Assembly: GCF_963921235.1 (NCBI RefSeq)
Contig: NC_086097.1
Span: forward strand, 45,386,001 to 45,450,000
DNA: 64,000 bases
Direction of reading: 5' to 3'
Origin: Mobula hypostoma
Taxonomy: Eukaryota
Program-made: the position numbers and the translations under genes
Notes under the pieces: model-generated
Told to the model about the DNA's origin: nothing
Database searches by the model: none
The model's input: only the letters and a program-made list of their open reading frames with translations
Part shown: piece by piece, positions 11,382 to 24,689 of the stretch
How positions within the stretch are numbered: the first letter of the stretch is position 1
Layout: the number at the start of each line of letters is the position of its first letter

Positions 11382-13129
11382 GTTGAGTATATTTTTCTAA
11401 TGGCATCTACTTGTGGGATGTAGCATAGTGACAAATTTGCTGGAAAATCTTTCCAGAAATATAATTCTGTATCACACCACAGTGAATGAAGGATTTCAAT
11501 TGTTTAAAATGAATATGGAATAAATACTTAATATCAATAATTATGATGATGAAACTACTGGAGCATTGCAAAAACAAAACTTAAACATAAATACCTTTTA
11601 GGAAAAAACTTCTGACCATTCTTGCTTGCCTTTGCTTGTTCATGATGCCAGAATAACTTGTGGTTGTTTCTTAACTCTGAGATTCCCTATAAACTCATCA
11701 GTTTAATTTTAAATCTTTTGTCCCTATTCCATTTATTTACACATGTGTAAAGTTTTACAGCTCCCCTAGTTAACAACAGCTCCTTGGATTTACAACTGCG
11801 CTAAATCTTTTATAGAGATTTTCACCTGGTACTGAAAAAGAGAACTGCTATTTTTGCTTCTGTGTCTTAATTCAGATTATTACTTTGAGGATCTTTGAGT
11901 TCCAAAATGTGGATGCGTAAGTTTATGTAACTAAAGACCACAAAATGCAAAGTGAAAACTTGACTTGCTTGTCAACTGGTTCAATAATGTGGAAGGCCAA
12001 AAGCTGAGGAGCCGGGGTGGGGAAGTTAACAGATTGGACTGCTATCATCCAGCACTGTTTGCAGAAAATAGGTTTTGAAACTTGAAAGTTTCTGCAGGTT
12101 TTATGGAAAGATAAAATAAAACTCTCCCAGTAGAAACCAACAGGAAATAATTATAGAATCATTTTGTTAGGGAGTTTTCTGAAATATTTCACTGAAAGTA
12201 TCTTTAAAGATACTATTTTTAAAAGCGATAATAACTAGAAAGCTTTAGTAAATATACAAAAAAATTAAAGTTGAAAGTAAAAACATGTTTCATATTTATA
12301 ATTTTTCATTTAAAATGATATTATTATGTATAATTCATATATAATCATTATTTTATTTGTTACATAAGAAAAGTCATAAATGCAGCTATCACAAAGTTTA
12401 TCAAGAAGATATTTTGATTTACTTTATTTAATTGCTTTTCTCCCTTACAGAAATGAAACAAATACTATTTGCATTAACTGTATTAAAATTTGCTTTCTTT
12501 GCTGGAAAGTTTGGGTGGGATTCTTCCGTAGTTGCTTTCTATAGAGAAAGGTGTGGTTGCGTCCACACACAGAAATGTCTCCACATCACCAGTCCCTTTG
12601 TTAATCATGAAAATCATGAGACAGATAAGTACAGAGAACTCAGAGGATTCATAACTTGATAGCTTGTTGAATTCTTTAGCTGACAGCCCTGAAAACTTCA
12701 AGGAGACAAAAGCCTTTAAGGAAATATGGTTAGCTTCACCTTGAAGTCACAAAGACCCATCTGTAGTAATGAATCTCCACAGCATTACCTATAGTCAGTC
12801 AGATGTTCTGTCACTTTAGTATTATAACATGTAGTTTATATGGTGTTATTCTGCCATTAAAATTGAATTATGCTCAAAGGTGTTTGCCATTTTAATAGAA
12901 AAAATCTATTTGCTTTAAGCAAGAATTTAGTTTAATTAAATCTGGTTATGAAAATTGTAAATTGTAATGTAAAACTCCAGATCATTTAGAACTATGATCA
13001 ATTAGTTTTACTAAGTTCAAAAACTTAGATGCATGGGGTGAATGTGGGTGTCATACAATCATGTGGCAGGGAAAATGCTGAAGGTTTTTATAATAGTAAT
13101 ATCTCAGAATTCCATGAAATTATACTAGC

Positions 13130-14985
13130 CGTCTGTTTTTGTAAAGAATAGCCTGCATCAGTTTTCCTGCCACTGTTCTGTATACAGCATCTCACCATTT
13201 TTCCTGCATGTCTGCCCTCACCTCATTTCCCCCTCTCCAGACCTATGCATCCAACGAATCGTTCTCCATAACAACCACCATCTCAAACGGGATTCCACGA
13301 CCAGGGCACTTCTTCCCCCTCCCCTTACCATGTTCTGTAGGGATCACTCTCTTCATTAATTCATTATCCACTTGTCCCTCCCCACTGATTCTCCTTTGGA
13401 CACTTACATCTGCAATCACATTAAGTGTTACACCTGCCCCGATACCTCCTCCCTCATGACTATTCAGGTACGAAACAGTCTTTCAAACTCCTCACATGTG
13501 AATCAATTGATGTCATTTACTGCATCCAGTGTTCCTGTTGTGACTTCCTTTACATCGATGAGACCCGGTTGCAAATTGGAGATCATTTTGGCAAGCACCT
13601 GTTGTGACTGTGATCGAAGTCATTAGAGACACATTGAAGCTGGTGATGTAGAAGACTTTATTCAGCTCAATAAGCAGGTATCATTATGGAGAAACTCTTG
13701 GGAGAGGCTCACAAATCCAACGGTACATCACATTTTTATATCCTTAAGATCAAAAGGTAACAGCAGGTGATTCAATACAATTTCAATAGTTACAATGACA
13801 TTGTTTACTTCAATACTTTGGGTTGACAAACAGTTCCTTTGGGATAAATAGTGGAAGAACATTGTAATTAATAAGAGACTTTCGTAGGTCCAAAGACCTT
13901 TGGAAGAATCTAATTAACACAAATATCCTGAAACCTTTTGATGACAGAGAGCCAGACACTCAAAATTAATGTTGTCGGGGCTGTCTCTGAGTACACAAAT
14001 ATGGTAGGAACACAGAAACTGTTGACTGCCTACACTTGTGACCATGTTTGATATGTTAAGTGACAACATCTGTCTGGTCTGCCAGCTTGAATTCAGTCAC
14101 TATGTGCAAATAACTTAGCCATGTTGCCTAGTTTGACGCAAGCCAATTAACACAAGCCCATTGTCTTAAGGTTAAGCTTCTGCATATACAATCTCTTAGA
14201 CTGTGGAGCTGCCTGAGCTTTTAACTTCAATTGACTGCTTTCATATTACAAAAAATCTGAAGGCTAATTGCAAGCTTCCTGGACTTATTTGCATTTACAA
14301 TAAGACCGAAGATTGATTCTTGTTTGAATTAATATCTGCTATGTTCACATAACTTCAGAATACTCCCTTAGAGCACCTTCACTCCATCCACTGAACCTGC
14401 CGAGATCTCCCAGTGGCCACTTCCTACTCCCTCAACAAGATCTCTGTCCACGGCTTCCACTGCTGCTGGATAGATGCTCTATGCAGATCAGAGCAACAGC
14501 ACCTCATACGCCGCCTTGACCTTGGCAGTTTCCAATTTGATGGCATGAACATCGATTTCTCTAACTTCTGGGAATCACTCCTGCCTTTTTTTCTCCTTAC
14601 TCCTCCCTCACCCTCTCAAACTGCCAATCACCCACACATACCTCCCTCCAGTTCATCTCCTTCCCTTTATTCCATAATCCACTGTCCTCTCTTACCAAAT
14701 TCCATCTTCTTGAACCCTTTGTCACTTTCACCCATCATCTCCTGATGTCTGACATCATTTCCATTCTCTCTCTAACCCATCTGCCTATCACCCTCCTCAC
14801 CTGGATCCACCTATTACTTGCCAGCTCTTGCTCTACCCCTTCCTCTCGTCATTTTATACCAGCGATCTTTCCTCTTTCATTCCAGTCCTTGTGAAGTGTC
14901 TTGTCCTGAAATGTTGACTGTTCATTTCCCTCCATAGATGCTGACTGACCTGTTGAGTTCCTTCAGCTGCTTTGCGTGTTGCTTC
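13130..14985 (+). mobile_element. Older, decayed PLE split by a solo LTR
   Basis: VIYCIQCSCCDFLYIDETRLQIGDHFGKHL and LGSFQFDGMNIDFSNF; degenerate hammerhead at ~14883-14920. Confidence 0.85.
13600..14372 (-). mobile_element. Solo LTR, ~773 bp
   Basis: TGTTG at the left end; right end TTAGA aligns with TAACA of the other copy; 5-bp TSD GCACC at 13595-13599 and 14373-14377; minus-strand AATAAA at ~13657-13662. Confidence 0.85.
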
Positions 14986-15595
14986 CAATATGCATGTGAA
15001 CATTTAATGGAGTAATGTCAATGAATGACAGATCAAAAATGAATAATATACACAGAAAGCATCCCTCTTATATACCATATACTAATGAAGCTCCCCGTTG
15101 AGTTATTTATCCATCTTTTCACCTACTGAATTGCAAATCCAGCATGAATTATGCTTTTACAGTAAATAGTTTGTACATTCACCTCTTAATTGCCAGTATT
15201 AAGATGTTGGTCACTTAATCCAAGCAGGATTTTTGATGTGTGAGTCAAACTGTACCAATGAGTCAGGCTGTACTAGTGAATTAATTTAGTTGTGAAGATT
15301 GGTAAACAGAAGGGCCAACAAGTTGACTGGCCTGACGAATAACAAAGCAAAAATGCAGAGAATGTGGGTTTACTATGGACGCAGATCACTAACAAAGTCC
15401 AGCATTTGGAAGCTATTTGTAATCAGCAAATATTCTAGCCATCTATGGGTATGATCTATTTGACTAAGCTCCTATCTATGAATCATTTGCTCAGAGATGT
15501 GGGAGAAAGGTCTGTATCAGATGGAGAGGAGAGTTATCTTAGTTATAAACAATAGAAAGAAAGCAGGCAATGTAAACAAACGTTCAAATGTTTCT

Positions 15596-15664
15596 GGCCT
15601 GCTGTGTTCACCAGCAACTTTTATGTGTGTTGCTTGAATTTCCAGCATCTGCAGAAATCCTGTT
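15596..15664 (+). mobile_element. 69-bp PLE 3'-end insertion
   Basis: Matches the PLE terminus ...CCAGCATCTGCAGAAATCCTGTT; TSD GTTCAAATGTTTCT at 15582-15595 and 15665-15678. Confidence 0.85.
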
Positions 15665-16077
15665 GTTCAAATGTTTCTATTACTTTATTAAAATTACAAA
15701 GTTCTAACGTGCTTATCTACTTGGCAGGCTGGATTATAAAATGTTAACCTCTGCATTTTGTTTCCTATATTTGCATTTGCATTATAGTTTCTTACGGAGA
15801 TCAGAGTATTCCAGTTAACTTCCCCGTAATGTTACAGTTTGAAGGAGAGAAATGAAAATGGTAAATCAACTGATTAGGTCATCAGGCTTTGAAATCATGA
15901 CAACCAAATACTTAAAAAGTTACTTATTCCTTGGCAGAGAAGAAACTCTCCTATTAACTCTGTCACTAAGGGGTGATGATTCAGTTTAACCAAAAAAGGA
16001 ATAAAATACATTCTTGAATAGCTGTTGAGATGGGTAACAGTCTGAACAGATCTCAAAGTGTCAGCCGGTTGGAAAAG

Positions 16078-16560
16078 ATACTTTATACTTTATACTTTAT
16101 TGTCGCCAAACAATTGATACTAGAACATACAATCATCACAGCGATATTTGATTCTGCGCTTCCCACTCCCTGGATTACAAATATTAAATATTAAAAATAG
16201 TTAAAATTAGTAAATATTAAAAATCTAAATTATAAATCATAAATAGAAAATGGAAAAATGGAAAGTAAGGTAGTGCAAAAAAACCGAGAGGCAGGTCCGG
16301 ATATTTGGAGGGTATGGTCCAGATCCGGGTCAGGATCCGTTCAGCAGTCTTATCACAGTTGGAAAGAAGCTGTTCCCAAATCTTCAAGCTCCTGAGCCTT
16401 CTCCCAAAGGGAAGAGGGACGAAAAGTGTGTTGGCTGTGTGGGTCGTGTCCTTGATTATCCTGGCAGCACTGCTCCGACAGCCTGCGGTGTAAAGTGAAT
16501 CCACGGACAGAAGATTGGTTTGTGTGATGTGCTGCACCATGTTCACGATCTTCTGCAGCT
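16078..16560 (-). mobile_element. Rex/Babar LINE 3' fragment
   Basis: ARIIKDTTHTANTLFVPLPFGRRLRSL; (AAAGTAT)n tail. Confidence 0.8.
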
Positions 16561-16754
16561 CTGTTTTTCATCCCTTATCTTCTTATCCCTCGGCAGGAAG
16601 AAGTAAAATGTTTTCAACTCGACTTCAGCCTGTCAAGAAAATCAGAGCATTTGTCATCATTTAGTATTGGAGCTTTGATGAGGCTTAGGCTAAACTTCTG
16701 GTCACTTCAAATATTTTTCATAAAGCTCTAATTGTGTCTCCATATCCTTTACAG

Positions 16755-18009
16755 TATACTCAACAATTCGAATGCACAGGAATCATGAAGCTGCAGAGAG
16801 CTGTGGACTCTGCCAATACATCCTCCCCTCAGTTATTGTGTGTTATGTGCTTTACACCCTGGTTCAAAGAAACATTCTCATTTCTATATACGTTATATAC
16901 ATGTGTGTAGTTAAGTGGCAATAAGCTTCACTTGACTATCAGTATTACCTACAGGAGGAGGCGACAACTGTCATCATAGATTCCCACTATCCAACCCGTG
17001 CCATCTTCTTGCAGCTGCCAACAAGTAAGAGGAACAGAAACCTGAAGATTCACACCACCAGGTTCAAGAACAGCTACTTCCCTTCAACTATTTGATTCTT
17101 GAACAAACTGGCAAAACCCTAATCACAAACATGAGAAAGTCTGCAGATGCTGGAAATCCAAAACAACACCCACAAAATGCTGGAGGAACTCAGCAGACCA
17201 GTAATCATCTATGGAACAGAGTAACCAGTTTTGGGTCAAGACTGAGAAGGAAGGGGGAAGATGCCAGAATAAAAAAGTGAGGGGAAGGGGAAGAGCCTAG
17301 CTGGAAGGTGATAGGTGAAGCCAGGTAGGTGGGAAAGGACAAGGGCTGGAGAAGAATGAATCTGGTAGGAGAGGAGAGTGGACAATAGGAGAAAGGGAGG
17401 AGGAGGGAACCCAGGGAGAAGTAATAGGTAGGTGACCAGAAGTGAAAGGTCAGAGTGGGGAATAGAGGGGGCGATGGAATTGTTCAAAGAAGGAGCAATC
17501 AATATTCATGCCCTCAGGTTGGAAGCTACCCAGATGGAATATAAGGTGTTACTGTGGTATCATCATGGCACAAGAGGAGGGCACGGACCAACATGTCAGA
17601 ATGGGAATGGGAATCAGAATTAAAATATTTAGCCATGGTAAGTCCTGCTTGCGGTGGATGGTGCGAAGGTGCTTGACAAAGTTGTCCCCAATTTACCATG
17701 GGTCTCACCAATGAAGAGGAGGGCACATTGGGAGCACCAGACACAATAGATAGTCCCAGCAGATTCGCACCTGGAAGGACTGTTTGGGGCCCTGAATGGC
17801 ATGAGGGAGGAGGTGTATGAGCAGGTCCTGAATGGAGGTGAGGGAGGAGATGTATCAGCAGGTAACCCTAATCACTACAGTTTGGCAACATAATATCCAC
17901 TTTGATCACTTAGCACTAAAATGGATTGCATTTTTGGCTCTAATGGCATTCTTGTAAAAATTGTTCATGATTTATATTTAATTTATGCTTTTCTTATGAA
18001 CATTGCCTG
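16755..18009 (+). mobile_element. Decayed Rex/Babar 3' fragment hosting a PLE; its 3' UTR probably resumes at ~20860-20955 after the CR1
   Basis: CACACCACCAGGTTCAAGAACAGCTACTTCCC (HTTRFKNSYFP) matches the other Rex copies. Confidence 0.7.
17127..17863 (-). mobile_element. 5'-truncated PLE
   Basis: Starts with the PLE tail AAACATGAGAAAGTCTGCAGATGCTGG; FNSDSHSHSDML motif; TSD AACCCTAATCAC at 17115-17126 and 17864-17875. Confidence 0.85.
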
Positions 18010-20858
18010 TAAGACCATCAGATATAGGAGCTGAATTAGGCCATTTGGCTCATCGAGTCTGCTCTGCCATTTCATCATGGCATGCTCCCTGACACCTGGA
18101 AATTCCACCATACTGCTAGTGTCTCCCACTGATGCAAAATATTTATTTAGTTTGTCTGCCATTTTCTTGTCCCCCATTACTACCTCTCCAGCATAATTTT
18201 CTGGCATCTGATATCCACTCTCATCTCTCTTTTACACTCTATGTATCTGAAGAAACTTTTGGAATCCTCTTTAATATTATTGGCTAACTTACTTTTGTAT
18301 TCCATCTTTACCTTCTTAATAATTTTTTAGTTGCCTTCTGTTGGTATCTAAAAGCTTCCCAATCCCCTAACTTCCCACTAACTGTTGCTCTATTATATGC
18401 CCACTCCTTGACTTTCATGTTGGCTTTGACTTCCCTTGTTAGCCACGGGTGTGTCATCTTGCCTTTAGAATACACCTTCCTCCTTAGGATGTGTACATCC
18501 TGTGCTATCCGAATTGCTTTTAGAAATTCCAGCATTGTTGCTCTGCAGCCATCCCTGCCAGTCTTATTTTTCAATCAATTTTGTTCAACTCCTCTCTCAT
18601 GTCTCTGAAATTTCCTTTACTCCACCGTAATTCTGATACGTCTGACCTTAGCTTCTCCTTCTCAAATTTCAGAGTGAATTTAATCACATTATGTTCACTT
18701 TCCCCTAAGAGTTCTTTTACCTTAAGCTCTCTAATCAATCCTGGTTCATTGCACAACATCCAATCCAGGATAGCTGCTCTTAAAAAGCTATCTCATAGGC
18801 ATTCTAGAAATGCCCCCTCTTGGAATGCCACAGCAGCCTGATTTTCCAATTTGCCTGCATAATGAAATCCCCCATGACTATTGCCCTTCTGGCATGCATT
18901 TTCTGTCTCCCATTGTAACTTGTAGACCACATCCTTTCTCCTGTTTGAGAGTCCGTACATTACTCCCATCAGGGTCCTTTTACCCTTACAGTTCCTTAGC
19001 CCTACCCACAAGGATTCAACACCTATGGCACCTCTTTCTAAAGATTTACTTTCATTTTTTACCAACAGAGCCATGCCACCCCCTCTGCTTTCCTGCCAGT
19101 CTGTTCAATACAATGTGTGCCTTGGACACTAAGCTCCCAGCTATAATCTTCTTTTAGCCATGATTCAGTGATGCTTACAACATCATACTTGCTCATTTGT
19201 AACCGTGCTACAAGCTCAATGACCTTATTCCTTCTACTGTACATATTCAAACATAACACCTTCAGTCCTGTGTTCACCCTTTTTGATTTTGTCTGCCTTT
19301 TACGTTGCAACTCACAACCCATCCTGTTGACTGCAATTTTGTCCTATTGTCAGCCTATCCCTGCTAAGACTCTCACTACACATTGCCTCTGTTTGTAAGC
19401 CAGCTACCTCATCCTCAGCACTATACTCTGGTTCCCATCCCACTGCCAAATTAGTTCTAACCCACCAGAACAACTCGAGCCAACCTGCCCACAAGGATAT
19501 TGAATCCCTCAGTTTCAGGTATAGCTCGTCCCTTTTGTACAGGTTATACCTTCGCCAGTAGAGATCCCAATGAACCATAAATTTGAAATGCTGCTCCATG
19601 TGCAAGTTCTTCAGCCACACATTCACTTGCCAAATCATTATATTCTTACCCTTACTGGCACGCAGCACAGGCAGAAATCCAGAGATTACTATATCAGAGG
19701 TCCTTTTCTCAGCTTTCTACCTAGCTCTCTAAAATCTCTCTTCAGGACCTGCTCACCTTGTCTACCTATGTCATTGGTGCCAATGTGTACCAAGACTTCT
19801 GGCTGCTCCCCCTCCCCCTTGAGAATGCCTTGGACACGATCCCAGACATCCCTGATCGTGGCACGAGGGAGGCAACATACCATCCGGGTGTCTCTATCTC
19901 ACCCACAGAAGCTCGTCTCTGTTCCTCTGACTAAAGAATCTCCAATCAACACTGCATCCTCTTCACCATTCTGACCTTCTGGTCACTGTGGCTCCCCCCG
20001 GTAGGGCATCATCCTCAATAGTATCTGAAGTTATATACTTATTATTGAGGGAAAAGGCCACAGGTGTACTCTGCACTGGCTGTGCATTTACCCTCTTTCT
20101 CCTGACAGTCACCCATTTTCCTGTCTCCTGCAATCTAGGAATGACTCCCTCCCTGTAGCTCCTGTCTATCACCTCCTCATTCTCCCGTACGAGTTGAAGG
20201 TCATCGAGCTGCAGCTCCAGTTCCTTGATATGTTCTCTCAGGAGCTGCAACTCAGTGCACCTGGTACAGATGTATTTATCCAGGAGACTGGGAGCATCCC
20301 AGACTTCCCACATCCCACACACAGTACAGAATATTCTGACCCTGGAGCCATTCCCACTAATCTATTATGCCCTAACAGATGAGGAATGAACAAATACAGA
20401 GGGAGAGAGAGTAACTCACAAGACAATTTACCTCACTCAAACCTGATCTCTGATAAGCCAGTCGCTCCAAATGCCGGCACACTCACAAGAACGGCAGCTC
20501 CACTCGCACTGGAATTATTCTTATTGACCCTTTCTAATGAATCCCTCTTGCTGATTGGTCGCTTGTCAACTCAGAAAAACTGCCGTGAAACTCTGCCTTT
20601 AAGATGTCAATTGTTGTCCTGATTAAAAAGTAGCTCTTTTCACGCACCCCTGGTGTGGAATGTCCAACTCAGAGAAAACTGGCTCGAAGCTCTGCTTTTT
20701 AAATCTTGAACGCGGACCTGACTGAAAGGTAGCTCTCTATGCTCACTGTCCCTTGCTGATTGGTCCTCAAATCAGAAGAAAACTTCTGCAAAACACTGCC
20801 TTCAAAATCTTGATTGCCGCTCTGATTGAAAAATAGCTCTTTCACACACCCCTCGTTT
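18010..20858 (-). mobile_element. Internally deleted CR1: 5' UTR, ORF1 (Zn-finger/coiled coil + SGNH esterase), ORF2 endonuclease, 3' terminus; RT missing
   Basis: CGMWEV...ICTRCTELQLL..IKELELQLD; VLVHIGTNDIG; VVSITESWL, LGESEHNVI; ~70-bp 3' terminus joined to the linker at ~18080. Confidence 0.88.
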
Positions 20859-21304
20859 GGATGCTATGTGGCTGTGATGCCGCTGCCCAGTAGGCTTATC
20901 ATTGCAATTGCATGTTCATGTATTTGTGCCTGTGACAACAAACCAGACTTTGACAATGTTTTTGGTAACCACTTCCACTTACTTTATACCTTTAACGTTG
21001 ATAAGAAACGTAAGATGTTCAAGGGCTCTTTGCAGGCTCATTGTCAGGTAAAGTTAAACACTGACCACAAGAAGAAAAGGATGATGATAAAGAAGAAGGT
21101 TTCAGGAAATACACGAATTAAGGAGGGTGAGGAGTATTTAACCAGACAATTCCAGATTCCCGAACTTGGTCAGCTGAAGGCTCTGCTGACAATGGTGGAA
21201 TGAGAGCAAGTGTGGACAATTGCATCTGAGGTTGAAGTGCAGAGGTCTTCGAGGCTGATGAAGCTGTTGCAGGTTAAGGTTTAGGCAATGGAGAAAGAAA
21301 GAAA

Positions 21305-21552
21305 GAAATAAAGATTAGCTTTATTTGTCAAATGTACATGAAAGCCTACAGGGAAATGTGCCATTTGCATCAAATCAAACTGGCGAGGATTGTAATGGGT
21401 TGTAAGTGTCATCTGCATCATAGCGTGCCTTTAACTCACCAACCTTCACTGGTTGTCTTTGGAACATGGGAGAACATACGAACTCCTTACAGAAAGCAGT
21501 GGGAATTGAATCCCACTCTTACAGTTGGCACTGTAAAGTGATGCACTAACCG
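21305..21552 (-). mobile_element. tRNA-derived SINE, decayed
   Basis: B-box-like GGATTCAATTCC on the minus strand near 21505; AATAAAGCTAATC tail. Confidence 0.55.
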
Positions 21553-21554
21553 TG

Positions 21555-22228
21555 AGTATCAAGGTATTGCAGGTTGAGTCAGTGTGAGGAAGGCAAATGC
21601 CATGTTAGCATTCATCTCAAGAGGTCGAGAATACAAGAGCAAGGGTGTGGTGCTGAGGCTTTATAAGGCACTGGTGAAGCCTCACCTTGAGTATTGTGAA
21701 TAATTTTGGGCCCCTCATCTTAGAAAAGATGTGCTGACATTGGAGAGGGTCCAGAGGAGGTTCACAAGGATGATTCCAGGAACAAAAGGGTTATCGTACG
21801 AGGAACGTTTGATGGCTCTGGGTCTGTACTCGCTGGAATTCAGAAGGATGAGGAAGGATCTCATTGAAACCTTTTGAATATTGAAAGGATGTTTCCCATG
21901 GTGGGAGAGTCTAGGACAAGAGGGCACATCCTCAGGATAGAGGGGCACCCTTTCAAAACAGAGATGCAGAGAAATTCCTTTAGCCAAAGGTGGTGAATTT
22001 GTGGAATTTGTTGCCACCTGCAGCTGTGGAGACCAGGTTGTTGGGTGTATTTAAGGCAGAGATTGATAGGTTCTTGATTGGACATGGCATCAAAGGTTAC
22101 AGGGAGAAGTCTAGGAACTGGGGTTGAGGAGGAGATAGGAAAAAAGGATCAGCCATGATTGAATGGCGGAGCAGACTCGATGGGCTAGATGGTTTAATTC
22201 TGCTCTTATGTCTTATGGTCTTATGGTT
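21555..22228 (+). mobile_element. CR1 LINE 3' fragment
   Basis: Encodes LRLYKALVKPHLEYC and LERVQRRFTRMIPG; (TCTTATGG)n tail. Confidence 0.9.
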
Positions 22229-22608
22229 TTATTGCTGAACCAAGAACCAGTGTCAGTGAGTCATGGGATGCTGTGTGAAAGGAAATATGGGTACTTTCTT
22301 CCGAACATTTCTAGTTAAGAAAGTAATTGCATTATCAGACCTTGATGGTTGACTTAGCTATTCTGTAGTTATGTACAGTGATTGCTATGCTTCTGAAGGA
22401 ACAACAGATGAACGTAATTCTGATCTACAAAGATAAGAGATTTGATCTCTGGACAGTGTGTCTATCTCAGCTGGTGATGATCCCTCAGTACCCCTGGGCC
22501 TAGAATGGGGAGCACGAACCATTTGTAAAAGCCTGGTTTGTCCAGATCCTAGCTGTGAGTAGAGACCTCTGCTGGTAGGTGAACGTATATGGACACAGCA
22601 TCAACTTC

Positions 22609-22755
22609 GCAAACAACAGGAATTCTGCAGATGCTGGAAATTCAAGCAACCCACATAAAAGTTGCTGGTGAAGGGTCTCGGCCTGAAACGTCGACTGCAC
22701 CTCTTCCTAGAGATGCTGCCTGGCCTGCTGCGTTCACCAGCAACTTCTATGTGTG
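22609..22755. mobile_element. 147-bp fold-back mini-PLE with a partial hammerhead
   Basis: Inverted PLE termini joined at GGTGAAGGG; TSD ACAGCATCAACTTC at 22595-22608 and 22756-22769. Confidence 0.88.
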
Positions 22756-23433
22756 ACAGCATCAACTTCTATTGGATAGCTTACATGGGATTACCAAGGA
22801 ATTATGATTACTCGTCTGCTTTTCAGCTACCATGACCAACAGCCAACAAGAAGGGTATGAAGAAAAAAGATTCCTGGCAATTTCCAGTCCAAGAAAAAGT
22901 TATCAGAATACAACCTGTCTTAGTAGTGGTGACCGTAAATACTAGTGGATTGTTATTTAACCCTATCTAAGGTTCACTGATGTATTTCAGAAAAAAAAGT
23001 TTGCTGTCCAGACAAGGATTTGTCTGCACGCGACTCCAGACACACCCCATGTGGTTGAGTCTTAAGCTTTTAAATCTGCCCTAAATATGCTTTATATGTG
23101 GATGAATGAAACTGGTTGGACCACATGGAATTAACCTGAGCACTAATTCAAACACCACAAAGTCAGAGGGTAAATTGAGCTACTGGTCACAGAATGATGG
23201 GAACATCCTGCTGGTCTCTGAGTCATAAGCACCTGCTGATAGGGTGATAGGGTCAGGTATGAAGTGTTGGACATGAAGAGGCCCCTCATTGAGTGATAAT
23301 CACAGACCTTAACTAGAGGTGATTTCAAGCCGTGGACTCCAGAGCATCCGATCTGGTAATAATAAAATGGGAAAATTGAAACAAAGGGTTAACATTCAAT
23401 CATAAAGTAGCAGCTGATACAGCTACTGTTTTT

Positions 23434-24350
23434 AAAGTTCAAAGTTCAAAGTAAATTTATTATCAAAATACATATGTGTTGCCATATACAGTCCTGCCTT
23501 GAGATTCATTTCCTTGCAAGCATTTACAGGAAAAAGAAATACAATAGAATTTACAACAAGCTACACAAAGAATGTGGAAAAGAAGAAAGCTATGCAAATA
23601 AAAATGATATTGAGAGAATGAGTTGTAAAGAGCCCTTGAAAGTGCGTCTGTAGGTCATAGAATCAGTTCAGAGTACTGTTGTCCTTACAGATTCAGGAGC
23701 CTGATATTGTAGGGTAATAGCTGTTCCTGACCCTGCTGGTGTGGGACCAAATGCTTCCAGCCTCCTACCCGATGGTTGTAGCAAAAAGAGGGCAAGGCCT
23801 GGATGCTGGGGATCTTTGATTATGGATGCTGTGTTCCTGTGACAGTGCTCCATGTAAATATACTCAATGGTGGGGAGAGGTTTGATGGACTGGTATCCAC
23901 CACTTTCTGTAGACTTTTCCATTCCTGAGCATTGATGTTTCCACACCAGGCTGTGATGCAACCAGTTAGGATACTCTCCACTGTGCACCTATAGAAGTTT
24001 GTCAAAGTTTTTGGTCACAGGCAAACTACTAAGAAAGCAGAGGAGTAGAAGTATTGCCATGCCTTCTTTGTGCTGACTTTTATATGCTGGTCCCAGGGCA
24101 GCCCTCTGATATGTTAACACCAAGGAATTTAAAGCCACTGACCCTCTCCACCCCGATTCCCCATGACTGGCTCGTGGACCTCTAACTTCTTCCTCCTGTA
24201 GTCGACAAACTTAAATACAGCATTAGAGCTGTAGTTAGCCACACAGTGACAAGTATAAAGTGAGTAGAGCACAGGGTTAAGCAGACAGGCCTGTGGTGCA
24301 CCTCTGCTGATGGTGAGTGTAAAAGAGATGTTCCTGCTAGACCATATTAA
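23434..24350 (-). mobile_element. Rex/Babar LINE 3' portion
   Basis: TNFYRCTVESILTGCITAW; IIKDPQHPGLALFLLQPSGRR; (TTTGAAC)n tail. Confidence 0.88.
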
Positions 24351-24689
24351 TCTGGTAGTTTAATTTACTGAGGAGATAGGCCCAATGAGGATTGAATAAA
24401 CAGGATTCACTGGTAAAATATATGGAACAACATACACCATATTGAGACCACTGTTGCCTCTGCCAGGACTTCAGGCAGGCCCAAGGCATCACATACCATA
24501 CAAGAAGGTGACTAGAGATAACATGGCTGAAGGTATTGCACAGTTTACGTACCTTCAGGTAACTCTCCAAGGATGTCTCCATGATAATCAGGGGCTTAAT
24601 TAAAGCAACCTCAGTAAAGAAGCCTGGTCACCAAACCTTCAGAATAAAGGGATTTTTGTCTAACATATTATAAAACTATAAGCTAATCA

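Noticed and set aside
12432..12701. Host exon after TTTTCTCCCTTACAG
   Set aside because: Neither strand gives a recognisable protein and I found no convincing matching donor
19689..19883. Stand-alone SGNH/GDSL esterase gene
   Set aside because: This is the known esterase domain of CR1 ORF1 and it is disrupted
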